40,408 nt of DNA from a virus. Lineage: Duplodnaviria > Caudoviricetes. Numbering within the stretch: position 1 is the first letter of the stretch; every line of letters begins with the position of its first letter. The translations under genes and the position numbers were made by a program. The notes beneath the pieces are model-generated. The model was not told the origin of the DNA. It saw nothing but the letters and a program-made list of their open reading frames with translations, and did not search any database. The stretch spans positions 1 through 40,408 of the IMG/VR virus record IMGVR_UViG_3300034084_000026; one strand, given 5' to 3'. This document shows, one piece after another, positions 25,609 to 33,557 of the stretch.

Positions 25609-27396
25609 TCAATCGATGTCGCCGTCCAGTAGCCGGGTCACGTCCTTTATGCGACTACGCATGTAGGTGGATAGATCTTGCTTGGCCTCGTTTGATTTAT
25701 AAATCAGTACATCGACCGTCTTCTCCGCAATGATGTCAATCCATATCCCTTGCTTATCCTGTCCGTCCCCCCATGCCCGGTCTTCGGCCTGAACCCGGTC
25801 GATTGCTTTATGGGTGTTATTGTAGAAGATGTTTATCTGGCTGGCCATCATCGTGTACCCCATCCCGCCCGTTGCGGCGTTGGCTACCACCCAATCTATG
25901 TCGCCCCGTTTGAAGGCGTCAACCATGGGCTGCCGGTTGGCCTCCCCGATGCCCCCGTGCAGTTCTCCTACCCGGATGCCCATACCCTTGAGCACCCTGA
26001 CCATGGCCTCTATCTCTGGCCGGTAAACCGCCCATATTATGCCCTGCTTCTTGGTCGAGCGCACAAACTCGAATACCTCCTGCATCTTGGGATTTTCTTC
26101 CGGGGGGATCACCTCAATCGGATCGTAGTGGATCTTTATCTTGTCCGTTCCGTCCTTGGCCTTCCGTATTTCTTGACGCGGATTGACGGTGTACCCCCCG
26201 GCAATCTGGTGTAGGCGCAACACTACCTCGAGGGTGTTTTGCATCACCATTTCCTCGCCGCTGGCCGTTGTTAAAAAGCCCTCCTTCTTGACCTGCTTAT
26301 ACAGATCGGCCTGCTTTTTACTCATGGGCACCGTGCGGATCTGGTAACGCTTGGGCGGAAGATCATAGGCATCAGTCTTTAGTACTTGGAACATATGCGG
26401 CCCGATCAGGCCCATTAATTCATCCATATTCTGGTATCCTACCACCTCCATCGGTTTCCCTCTCATCGGCCCCTCTTTAGGGGTGTACCCGCCCATAATG
26501 GCATACCGGTTGCGGTAGGTGTAGTAATCACCTATGCCAATGATGTTGGGGTCCAGGAACTCAAATTGCATAAACAGGTTCATCGGTCCGGCGCATGAGT
26601 CGGGTGTTCCGTTCATCGCGTATTTATATTCCGACATCGTCCCCAGTCGGACTACTTCCTGTGACCGAACGGCCTTATGCCCGGCTATATAAGATGTTTC
26701 ATCACCCACAGTAGCTGACCGATTCAACGACAGAAGAAATCGTTCGCACAGCGCTTTCATTCCACCAGCCGACATCGATTCCCATCCCACCACCATGACC
26801 TTGAAATCATGCGGCTTGGCCAGCCACCGCTCAAAGTCCTTAATCTTATCCGTCGTAGGCAGGTGCATGGAGTAATCGATCGGGCAATGGGTTTCAAACT
26901 GTAATTTCCAGTTCCCGCGCAACGACAACTTGGTGAACACCAACGCGCCATAAACGTGGCCTTCCATGCGATGGGCGGATAACAAATCGATAACCGTCTT
27001 GGTCTTTCCGGTCTGCATATCCATGGCTAAGAAATAAGCGTTCAGCCCGTAACCTTTATCCAACGCTGTTACTTGGTGCTTACGCGGTGTGGTCTTAAAC
27101 GGATACCACGACGGGAACCCGACCCCGCGTTGCTTCAAAACGGTGGCGTCGCGCTCAACATAGGTGGCCATCGCTTCTCTGGCCCGGTCCGTCACCACCA
27201 CTCCGGCCATCTTTACCACCTCTTCCATGGCAACCACATTTTGCCGGATGATTGGCGCGGCCCATGCCCCGGCTGACTTGTTCCATCTGCGGGATGGGAT
27301 CTGCCTAACAAGGTCATTTGCCCACATCGGGCAGCGGATCAGAAAATGGCTGCCTTTGTCGTCTATATCAACGTTAAATTTATCTTTATATTCCAT
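25609..27396 (-). CDS. SNF2-like SF2 helicase
   Basis: MDMQTGKT, DETS, NGTP, LRLHQI, NPK and QAEDRA motifs. Confidence 0.88.
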   Translation of the reverse strand: MEYKDKFNVDIDDKGSHFLIRCPMWANDLVRQIPSRRWNKSAGAWAAPIIRQNVVAMEEVVKMAGVVVTDRAREAMATYVERDATVLKQRGVGFPSWYPFKTTPRKHQVTALDKGYGLNAYFLAMDMQTGKTKTVIDLLSAHRMEGHVYGALVFTKLSLRGNWKLQFETHCPIDYSMHLPTTDKIKDFERWLAKPHDFKVMVVGWESMSAGGMKALCERFLLSLNRSATVGDETSYIAGHKAVRSQEVVRLGTMSEYKYAMNGTPDSCAGPMNLFMQFEFLDPNIIGIGDYYTYRNRYAIMGGYTPKEGPMRGKPMEVVGYQNMDELMGLIGPHMFQVLKTDAYDLPPKRYQIRTVPMSKKQADLYKQVKKEGFLTTASGEEMVMQNTLEVVLRLHQIAGGYTVNPRQEIRKAKDGTDKIKIHYDPIEVIPPEENPKMQEVFEFVRSTKKQGIIWAVYRPEIEAMVRVLKGMGIRVGELHGGIGEANRQPMVDAFKRGDIDWVVANAATGGMGYTMMASQINIFYNNTHKAIDRVQAEDRAWGDGQDKQGIWIDIIAEKTVDVLIYKSNEAKQDLSTYMRSRIKDVTRLLDGDID

Positions 27397-28943
27397 TATA
27401 GGTCTGCCTCAAATTCCACCGGTTCCGCTGTCTGGAACGCGATTACTTGTTTAACTGGAATATACCAAATGTTAATGTTCTCTTCCCCCGCCCGGACCCG
27501 CTTGTGCTCGACCCCGATGTCTTTTACCGCAAACCAGAGATTGACGCCCTTCAGTTCCTCCGATTTGGTTCGTTTGAGGTAGTTAACAAAGTCTTGCGCT
27601 CGGAACATAACGCACCTGTCGCCGTCCACCTTCTGTACAACCGGTAACCCGCGTAGAAGATTCTTTCGCGATTCTCTGTCGTCGCCCGTGCTGAGCAAGT
27701 CGGTCTTTGATGCAAACTCCCGCAACCGGTCCCGGATTACACCATTCATGGATGCGTCGTCGGGCGTCTCGATTATCCGGGCTTCTTTCATCAGCGGCCC
27801 CAGTATCCGCTCCCATTCATTGGCCTTTATCATCGGTACGATCCGGGTAAGGCGGTCGGCTATTACTTCCCGCATAATCCTCCAGTCCAGCAGTTGGGGT
27901 GTTCCTAGATTGGATATCAGAATTCCGTCAATCTTTATTTCCCAGCGTACCGGTTCGGTCAGGTACTTACCAAGATCCCCGAACATCGGCAACTCTTCAA
28001 ACTGGGTGATCTTGTCCGATTCTTCCTGTGTGATGCCGTATTTCCTATTGAAACAGGCATCCCTGTCGCATAACGATCGAATGGGGTCCTCGCCGCACCT
28101 ATAGCTATAGTCCGGTTTACCGGCTGATGCTATGGTCCTCCCGGCCTCTGATCGGGGAAGGGCCTTGGAGAAAAGGACGCCATTGGCATCGTTGGCCAGT
28201 TCGGTGAAGTGTTCCGGGTCCATCTTGCGCAGATATACCGCAACGTTGAACAGTGCCTCATTGCGTTGCCCTGCAGCAACCCCGTACGCGAACACCTTCT
28301 GTATGCAGGGCGGGGCCTCGGGGTGATCAGCAAATGATAATGCCCGGAGGTCGGCGTCAGTGGTGCGCAGCTTTTCGGCCAGTTCAATGAACTCGGCCAG
28401 TTCCAGTTTCTTGCCGTCCCGCACCCCGTACCGGTTAGTTTTCTCCCCGGTCATGTAGGGTAGGTTTATCCAGTTCCCTAGTTGCTTATTCCCCGCCGCC
28501 GTGGTGGCGAGGTGCGACTGCTTGGGGAATACCTCGTGGCCCTTATAACCAAGATCCGCTGCCCACTTGTTTAAGTACCCCCGTATCCGGGCCGCTGGCA
28601 TAGGCTTGCTTAGGAAGATATAAACGTGGACACCCCCCGATTTGGATCGGCACGGGATCAGGGGTAAGTTCTTTGTCCGGATTATCTCGTCGATCGGCTT
28701 GATTGGGATATCTTCGTCCGAATCATGGTTGTCGATGTCAATTGCCGCCCATGAGCAAGTGTCGTCATCCTGTATCGGGACGATGCCCACCCCCATGTCC
28801 CCGGAGAAGTGGTTTATGAAATCCTCCCTCTTCGCCGGTTCGTGGGCAGTAAATTGCTTGTCCTTCCTTAAGTCATATCGCCCCGACGACCGGGTGTTCC
28901 CGGCGTACAGGGCCATGAACTTGTTTATCAGATCTTCAGCCAT
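27396..28943 (-). CDS. AEP-family primase with PriCT-like domain
   Basis: IDID, SKSGGVH and NLPY catalytic motifs; PPC and G.RN..LF. No P-loop seen. Confidence 0.85.
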   Translation of the reverse strand: MAEDLINKFMALYAGNTRSSGRYDLRKDKQFTAHEPAKREDFINHFSGDMGVGIVPIQDDDTCSWAAIDIDNHDSDEDIPIKPIDEIIRTKNLPLIPCRSKSGGVHVYIFLSKPMPAARIRGYLNKWAADLGYKGHEVFPKQSHLATTAAGNKQLGNWINLPYMTGEKTNRYGVRDGKKLELAEFIELAEKLRTTDADLRALSFADHPEAPPCIQKVFAYGVAAGQRNEALFNVAVYLRKMDPEHFTELANDANGVLFSKALPRSEAGRTIASAGKPDYSYRCGEDPIRSLCDRDACFNRKYGITQEESDKITQFEELPMFGDLGKYLTEPVRWEIKIDGILISNLGTPQLLDWRIMREVIADRLTRIVPMIKANEWERILGPLMKEARIIETPDDASMNGVIRDRLREFASKTDLLSTGDDRESRKNLLRGLPVVQKVDGDRCVMFRAQDFVNYLKRTKSEELKGVNLWFAVKDIGVEHKRVRAGEENINIWYIPVKQVIAFQTAEPVEFEADL

Positions 28944-29289
28944 TTACTTTTCCCACTGAATACATCAAGTGAAGGGTGTGAACATTATCGCCGTGACTAA
29001 ATTTGTCGGCCACCACGTACCGGGCCGCCACATTTCCCGGTATCGTTAAATAGATCAGGTCACCTACATTAATAACCCGGTCGGGGGACCACACCGACAA
29101 CTGTATGTTCATGCCCCCCTTGTCCATGGTCTTTATGTAAACCCCTTGCCCGTCCACCGTGATATGATGCTCCCTTGGGGCGTCCCGAGGGTCCGGTTCG
29201 GAGGTCTTTATCATCCACCAATAAAACACTACGATGGCGGCCAACACCCCCATAGTCCAAAGGTCATAATTTGTGAATCCATAGTTCAT
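28936..29289 (-). CDS. Hypothetical protein with N-terminal TM segment
   Basis: LWTMGVLAAIVVFYWWMI; AAGGA RBS. Confidence 0.7.
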   Translation of the reverse strand: MNYGFTNYDLWTMGVLAAIVVFYWWMIKTSEPDPRDAPREHHITVDGQGVYIKTMDKGGMNIQLSVWSPDRVINVGDLIYLTIPGNVAARYVVADKFSHGDNVHTLHLMYSVGKVNG

Positions 29290-29302
29290 GGCTTATTTCC
29301 TT

Positions 29303-29503
29303 TCATAGCACCCTCCGGATTTCCAGTTTCTTAACACGATTGGCCTCATGGCAGCAGTACGTCGCCCCCATTTCGCGGATGATCTTTGCCACCTTTTTTG
29401 CGTAGGGGTCTTTGCCGGTGCGCTTCTGTAGCGGAAGTATGACGTGATTTTCCGAAAAGTCGCGCTCCCACATTAAATGTTTAATCCATTCGACGAGTTT
29501 CAT
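29303..29503 (-). CDS. Hypothetical protein
   Basis: ATGA overlap with the upstream gene; AGGAG RBS. Confidence 0.65.
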   Translation of the reverse strand: MKLVEWIKHLMWERDFSENHVILPLQKRTGKDPYAKKVAKIIREMGATYCCHEANRVKKLEIRRVL

Positions 29504-30171
29504 GATTTCCGCTCCTTTTTCATCTGGTTACGAAGGGCGTTGCCCAAACACATCCTCTGCTGGCCGGGGTTTAGGTGGCCATATTTCATCTTTAGGGTAC
29601 TTGGTTTGGTGTATAGCCGCTGGGCGGCTATTCGATAAACATCATCTAAATCTTTTGCGCCTCGCAGTAGGGTCGCTACTTTATCGCCCACATCGCGCAC
29701 CCCGGCCTTCGCCCGTTCTTTTCTCTGGACGTCGGCCATGGTCGGCTGTTTCATGTAAGGATTTTTTGTTACCGGGGCCAGTTCAACCAGATCCGCGTGG
29801 ACGGCGAACCGGGTGCGTTCCTTGGGGGCCGGGCGGTTAGGAGCCAGTGGCATGTCGGAGAGCATTACGTGAACGCCTTCCTCCCAGTGGTCGTGTACTT
29901 CCTCGATCCAGTGCCGGACACCCCGATACCATACCTGATCGCATAATTTCAGTGACCCCTCGGGGTGTTTTTTTGGGTACAGCTTAGTCGGGATGGGGGT
30001 CCGGGTGTGGGCATCGGGCTGGACTGATTTCTCGCCCATCTTGGTTTTCTTGGGGGCGGTGGTTTGGGGCAACTCTTCAACCACCGGAGCCGGGGGCGGT
30101 TTTATTTCTTTCTTGGGCTTCGGCGCGGGAGCCGGAGTATCCCCGAATAGGTCGTCAAGCGTGATTGCCAT
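29500..30171 (-). CDS. Hypothetical protein with C-terminal 'KYGHLN.G.QRM.LGN' domain (paralog 1)
   Basis: Pro/Lys-rich N-terminus; C-terminal ~60 aa align with 31304-31879. Confidence 0.8.
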   Translation of the reverse strand: MAITLDDLFGDTPAPAPKPKKEIKPPPAPVVEELPQTTAPKKTKMGEKSVQPDAHTRTPIPTKLYPKKHPEGSLKLCDQVWYRGVRHWIEEVHDHWEEGVHVMLSDMPLAPNRPAPKERTRFAVHADLVELAPVTKNPYMKQPTMADVQRKERAKAGVRDVGDKVATLLRGAKDLDDVYRIAAQRLYTKPSTLKMKYGHLNPGQQRMCLGNALRNQMKKERKS

Positions 30172-30212
30172 TTTGTGCCTCGTCTATTGTCTGTGTGGGT
30201 GACACGACGCCC

Positions 30213-30243
30213 AGTATAGCATGGGCCGGACGTCGTGCATAGT
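30213..30243 (-). promoter_or_regulatory. Leftward promoter with ACTATGCA -35-like box
   Basis: ACTATGCA-N17-TATACT with extended -10 TG. Confidence 0.6.
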
Positions 30244-30251
30244 CTGAATGG

Positions 30252-30479
30252 CTAGAATTTCTTCCGTGGGTGTGACCGGCAGATCCAGCCCTCCATAAAC
30301 GCGTTACATTCGTCGGTTGTCATGTACGTAACGTAACCGGAACTGGGGCCGAAGAAATCCGACTCGTCGCCCCCATTAAAGAATCGGCAGCGGATGCCGT
30401 CGCCGGGGTTGTGGGTTTCGATTTTCAGGCCCAGTATCCGCGCCCGTGTCTGAAGCAGCAATAAGTCTTTCTTGGTCAT
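30252..30479 (-). CDS. Hypothetical early protein
   Basis: GGAGGTG RBS; tightly packed. Confidence 0.7.
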   Translation of the reverse strand: MTKKDLLLLQTRARILGLKIETHNPGDGIRCRFFNGGDESDFFGPSSGYVTYMTTDECNAFMEGWICRSHPRKKF

Positions 30480-30480
30480 T

Positions 30481-30696
30481 TCACACCTCCATCATCTGGC
30501 CCCGCACGAAGCGGTAGCGTTTTAGGGTTACGAGGTCCTGCAGGGTGCCTCCCGTCTGTCTGGCTGTCCGTTGGGCGGCATCCATGCGCTTGAAGAAGAC
30601 GCGAAAGAAGACGCCCCGCTCCGTGCCCTCGACGGTGGCCACGTAACAGCACCTCGGCTGCCGGGGACCGCCATCGGCTATTCTTCGTCTACTCAT
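30481..30696 (-). CDS. Hypothetical basic early protein
   Basis: AAGGAG RBS preceded by the conserved leader motif. Confidence 0.7.
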   Translation of the reverse strand: MSRRRIADGGPRQPRCCYVATVEGTERGVFFRVFFKRMDAAQRTARQTGGTLQDLVTLKRYRFVRGQMMEV

Positions 30697-30712
30697 AGTA
30701 TTTCTCCTTTAT

Positions 30713-30946
30713 CTATCGTCTATAATGCCGGGGGATGATGACAAACCGAAGTGGGCTTCCCGGGTGCTTCAGCAACTTCAACTCGCGGCCACAACCCGGA
30801 CAGATGACCCCGGCCGCCACGATCTCTCGACCATCAGTAAGGACACGAACAACAATGCGAACCCACAACGGCGAAAAGCCGCCATAGCTGTTGCCGTGGT
30901 ACCACGAGGTGTTGCTGCTCGGGCACCACTCTTTTTTGTCGGTCAT
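30713..30946 (-). CDS. Putative Zn-binding early protein
   Basis: C...CPGC...H residues; ATGA overlap gives start 30946. Confidence 0.6.
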   Translation of the reverse strand: MTDKKEWCPSSNTSWYHGNSYGGFSPLWVRIVVRVLTDGREIVAAGVICPGCGRELKLLKHPGSPLRFVIIPRHYRR

Positions 30947-31218
30947 GGCCGCCCATCCTGTCCAACCCAGCCCATTGCCTGTGGGCTTTCGTCTTCCCAT
31001 TCCTCGCGGTCCTCCCGCTCGATCCATTCGGCCCCGATGACGCTGACGTAAAACTCACGCTCTGATTTGCGATCCAGTGTCTCGATGCTGATTTTTCCCT
31101 CGGACGACGGCTTATGGGGTGGCCTGAAATAAGTTACCCTAACCCACTGACCGTTGTTGGTTATGATCTGGTCGCCTACCTTAACTTCGGTTCCGGTGGC
31201 TTTATATATGAGTATCAT
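30943..31218 (-). CDS. Hypothetical early protein
   Basis: AAGGAG RBS plus leader motif before ATG 31218. Confidence 0.75.
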   Translation of the reverse strand: MILIYKATGTEVKVGDQIITNNGQWVRVTYFRPPHKPSSEGKISIETLDRKSEREFYVSVIGAEWIEREDREEWEDESPQAMGWVGQDGRP

Positions 31219-31303
31219 GATTATTTCTCCTTGTCTATCGTCTATTGATGGAAAGCCCATCCCCCGGCACCCACGATAAGGTAGATGCCGGGAAAGCGCT
31301 TTC

Positions 31304-31879
31304 TTACTTGGCGTTCAGGGCGGCGCGGATGCGGTTGCCCAGATTCATGCGCTGCATGCCGACGTTCAGGTGGCCGTATTTGGCGATCAGGTCTTTTTCG
31401 GTCTCGCCCAACGCTTTGGCGGCGGCCTTGTACACCTCGGAGAGATCCTTGCCGCGCAGCTTGGCTGCAAGCTCGTCGCCGTTATCTACGCTGACGTTGC
31501 CGCCGGAGGTCTTGTGCTCTTTGTCGTGGACGTATTGCTTAGCGTAGACGCGGAGAACGTCGGTCGGCTTGCCAGAGGCACCCACAGTGGCGGCTTTCTC
31601 TTTCGCCTTTGCGGCTTTCTCGGCGGCCTTGGCCTTGTCAGCCTTCGCTTTCTCGGCGGCCTTCGCTTTGGCGGCGGCCTCTTTTTCCTTCGCAGCTTTG
31701 GCCTTGGCGGCCTCTTTTTCCTTCGCGGCCTTTGCTTTCGCCGCGATGGCGGCGGCCTTGGCTTTCTCTTTGTCGGTCAGAGCGCCCGATTTGGCTTTGG
31801 GGGCGGGTTTTGCCTTCGCGGGGGTACCCACAGCAGCGGGGGTGTCGGAGGCGGTCGTATTTTCGGTGGTCGTGTTCAT
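31304..31879 (-). CDS. Lys/Ala-rich (histone H1-like composition) protein with 'KYGHLN.G.QRM.LGN' domain (paralog 2)
   Basis: AGGAG RBS before ATG 31879; KAKAAKEKEAA repeats; shared C-terminal domain. Confidence 0.85.
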   Translation of the reverse strand: MNTTTENTTASDTPAAVGTPAKAKPAPKAKSGALTDKEKAKAAAIAAKAKAAKEKEAAKAKAAKEKEAAAKAKAAEKAKADKAKAAEKAAKAKEKAATVGASGKPTDVLRVYAKQYVHDKEHKTSGGNVSVDNGDELAAKLRGKDLSEVYKAAAKALGETEKDLIAKYGHLNVGMQRMNLGNRIRAALNAK

Positions 31880-31972
31880 GGTGTTTCTCCTGTTTGCGGT
31901 TGTGGCCATCTGGCCGATGGGGAAAGCCCATCCCGATGGGAGGCCCGGAGGCACCCCCATGAAGCTGGAATC

Positions 31973-32164
31973 TCAGAGGCCCCGGATGACGGGATATCCC
32001 CGCATCAAGGCACCTATGGCCGGGGATCGAGAGGCAATCCGCATCGGGCGGGGGCGACGGATGGCGATCCGGGACACAATGCCCTTGATCACGGATGGGC
32101 GGCGGAAAATGCGGAATCGGACCGCGATATTTCTCCATTCGCCGTTGATATGGAATTGGGCCAT
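31973..32164 (-). CDS. Arg-rich 63-aa early protein
   Basis: AGGAG RBS plus leader motif before ATG 32164. Confidence 0.6.
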   Translation of the reverse strand: MAQFHINGEWRNIAVRFRIFRRPSVIKGIVSRIAIRRPRPMRIASRSPAIGALMRGYPVIRGL

Positions 32165-32238
32165 GGTGTATCTCCTGTCTGTTGTCTGAAAACCCCTATT
32201 GAAACACATGAAAGCCGGGTCTGTCAATACGTGAGCGC

Positions 32239-32598
32239 TCACTCGCCGGGGTGCGGCACCCCCACATATGGCGTGTACTCTTGCTCCCGCTCGTCCGGCA
32301 CCCACAGTTCGGTATCCATCCGGACCATTCCCGTGACGTGGACGTTGTCCTCGGGCCGGGGGCCGTACCCTCGCGTCAGGAGCACGAAGCTGGCGGTATC
32401 GGGGCCGTGCGGCACCCACGACAGAAGCTCGAATCCCGCGCATTCCTCGACGGGCAGCCCCGCCAGATCGGCGTCGGCTTGCTCCATCGCCCGGAGAAAG
32501 CTATCCGGGGAGAGGGCACCCACGATAGCGAGTTTTTCTGTGGCGGCCTCGCCGGACATGCCATCGATGGAGGTGGCGGTTGCGTTTTTTGTGGGCAT
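32239..32598 (-). CDS. Acidic hypothetical early protein
   Basis: AAGGAG RBS; 119 aa. Confidence 0.75.
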   Translation of the reverse strand: MPTKNATATSIDGMSGEAATEKLAIVGALSPDSFLRAMEQADADLAGLPVEECAGFELLSWVPHGPDTASFVLLTRGYGPRPEDNVHVTGMVRMDTELWVPDEREQEYTPYVGVPHPGE

Positions 32599-32632
32599 GG
32601 TGTTCTCCTTCGTCTATAGAGTTAGTGGGCGC

Positions 32633-32854
32633 TCACTTCGGGGATTTCTTGGCACGGCATTCCGGGGGGACCAGCATCGAGACACCCACATTCGTGGCTT
32701 TGTCCCAGTCCCCGATGCATGCCCCCGGCTCCCGCCCGTCCGGCCATGCGGCCCATGCGATGGCGCAGTCTTCCCGGTCCTCGATGGACACCCGTGCGGC
32801 CCTTTTGTGCATGGCGGCTTCCCATGCGGCGCGGTCTGTGTATACGTTTTTCAT
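32633..32854 (-). CDS. First gene of the early operon, hypothetical (73 aa)
   Basis: AGGAG RBS plus leader motif before ATG 32854 (MKNVYTDRAAWE...). Confidence 0.7.
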   Translation of the reverse strand: MKNVYTDRAAWEAAMHKRAARVSIEDREDCAIAWAAWPDGREPGACIGDWDKATNVGVSMLVPPECRAKKSPK

Positions 32855-32916
32855 TTTCCTGCTCCTGTCTGTCGTCTCTGCCGGGAGGCGGATGCCGCCC
32901 CGGTATAGAAAAGACA

Positions 32917-32933
32917 AGCAAGTGCCGTGCCAG
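32917..32933 (-). promoter_or_regulatory. Sigma-54 (-24/-12) consensus, leftward
   Basis: CTGGCACGGCACTTGCT on the - strand, about 60 nt upstream of the first early gene. Confidence 0.7.
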
Positions 32934-32993
32934 ATCGGGGTGTTTCGCCTTCCGTGGCCCGTCCTTGCGGGTTTTACGGGGTGAAAGGCCCAT

Positions 32994-33010
32994 CTGGCAC
33001 GAATCTTGCC
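32994..33010 (+). promoter_or_regulatory. Sigma-54 (-24/-12) consensus, rightward
   Basis: CTGGCACGAATCTTGCC. Confidence 0.65.
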
Positions 33011-33022
33011 TATCGGCCCCGA

Positions 33023-33060
33023 TATGCCGTCCTTGGGCATCTGTATGCCGTCCTTGGGCA
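33023..33060. repeat. Tandem repeat, 2 x 17 bp with 21-bp period
   Basis: TATGCCGTCCTTGGGCA at 33023 and 33044. Confidence 0.85.
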
Positions 33061-33189
33061 CCCCGAGAGGCCCCGTCCTTCCGTGGTCTGGCCCCGAAAG
33101 TTAGCGGTTCTTAACTTGGAGAGGGCCGGGGGGCGGGCAGCTTCGAGGTATGACGAGGGACGGCAGATCCGGGGCGGCGGCGGGGGATA

Positions 33190-33206
33190 GGCAAGACTCG
33201 TGCCAG
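33190..33206 (-). promoter_or_regulatory. Sigma-54 (-24/-12) consensus, leftward
   Basis: CTGGCACGAGTCTTGCC on the - strand. Confidence 0.65.
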
Positions 33207-33540
33207 CCTAGCGGGAGACACCCGGAGCGGATCGGCGGAGAAAACCGCGTATGCGCTCGTCATGGGCGTGAGAGAGGCGTCTGCGGCCCGAAGGACGGGG
33301 GCCGTGGCTGTTCCGGGCGTCTGTTCCGGGCCGTGTACCGGAAAGGCCCGAGAGGCCCCGGACGACGGGATACGTATCCCCCCCGGCGTGTTCTGCGTCT
33401 GTTCCGGGTGTTCTGGTTTAGACTCGGTCTAAGGGGCCCGGAGGGCCGCGTCCGTGGCCGGTCTTGGAGGATATATGCGTCGTTCGGGGGCTGTGGGGTT
33501 AAGAACCACTAACCTGCGGCGCGGGGGTCTCGGGGCGGAT

Positions 33541-33557
33541 CTGGCACGAGTCTTGCT
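33541..33557 (+). promoter_or_regulatory. Sigma-54 (-24/-12) consensus, rightward
   Basis: CTGGCACGAGTCTTGCT. Confidence 0.7.

Noticed and set aside
31370-32908. 512-aa + strand ORF and other long antisense ORFs (e.g. 1396-2283, 2306-3220, 9899-11326)
   Set aside because: Shadows of well-supported genes on the opposite strand; no RBS or motifs.
32649-32968. Additional sigma-54-like sites at 32649 and 32955
   Set aside because: The first lacks TTGC and lies within a gene; the second has GG-N9-GC spacing instead of N10.
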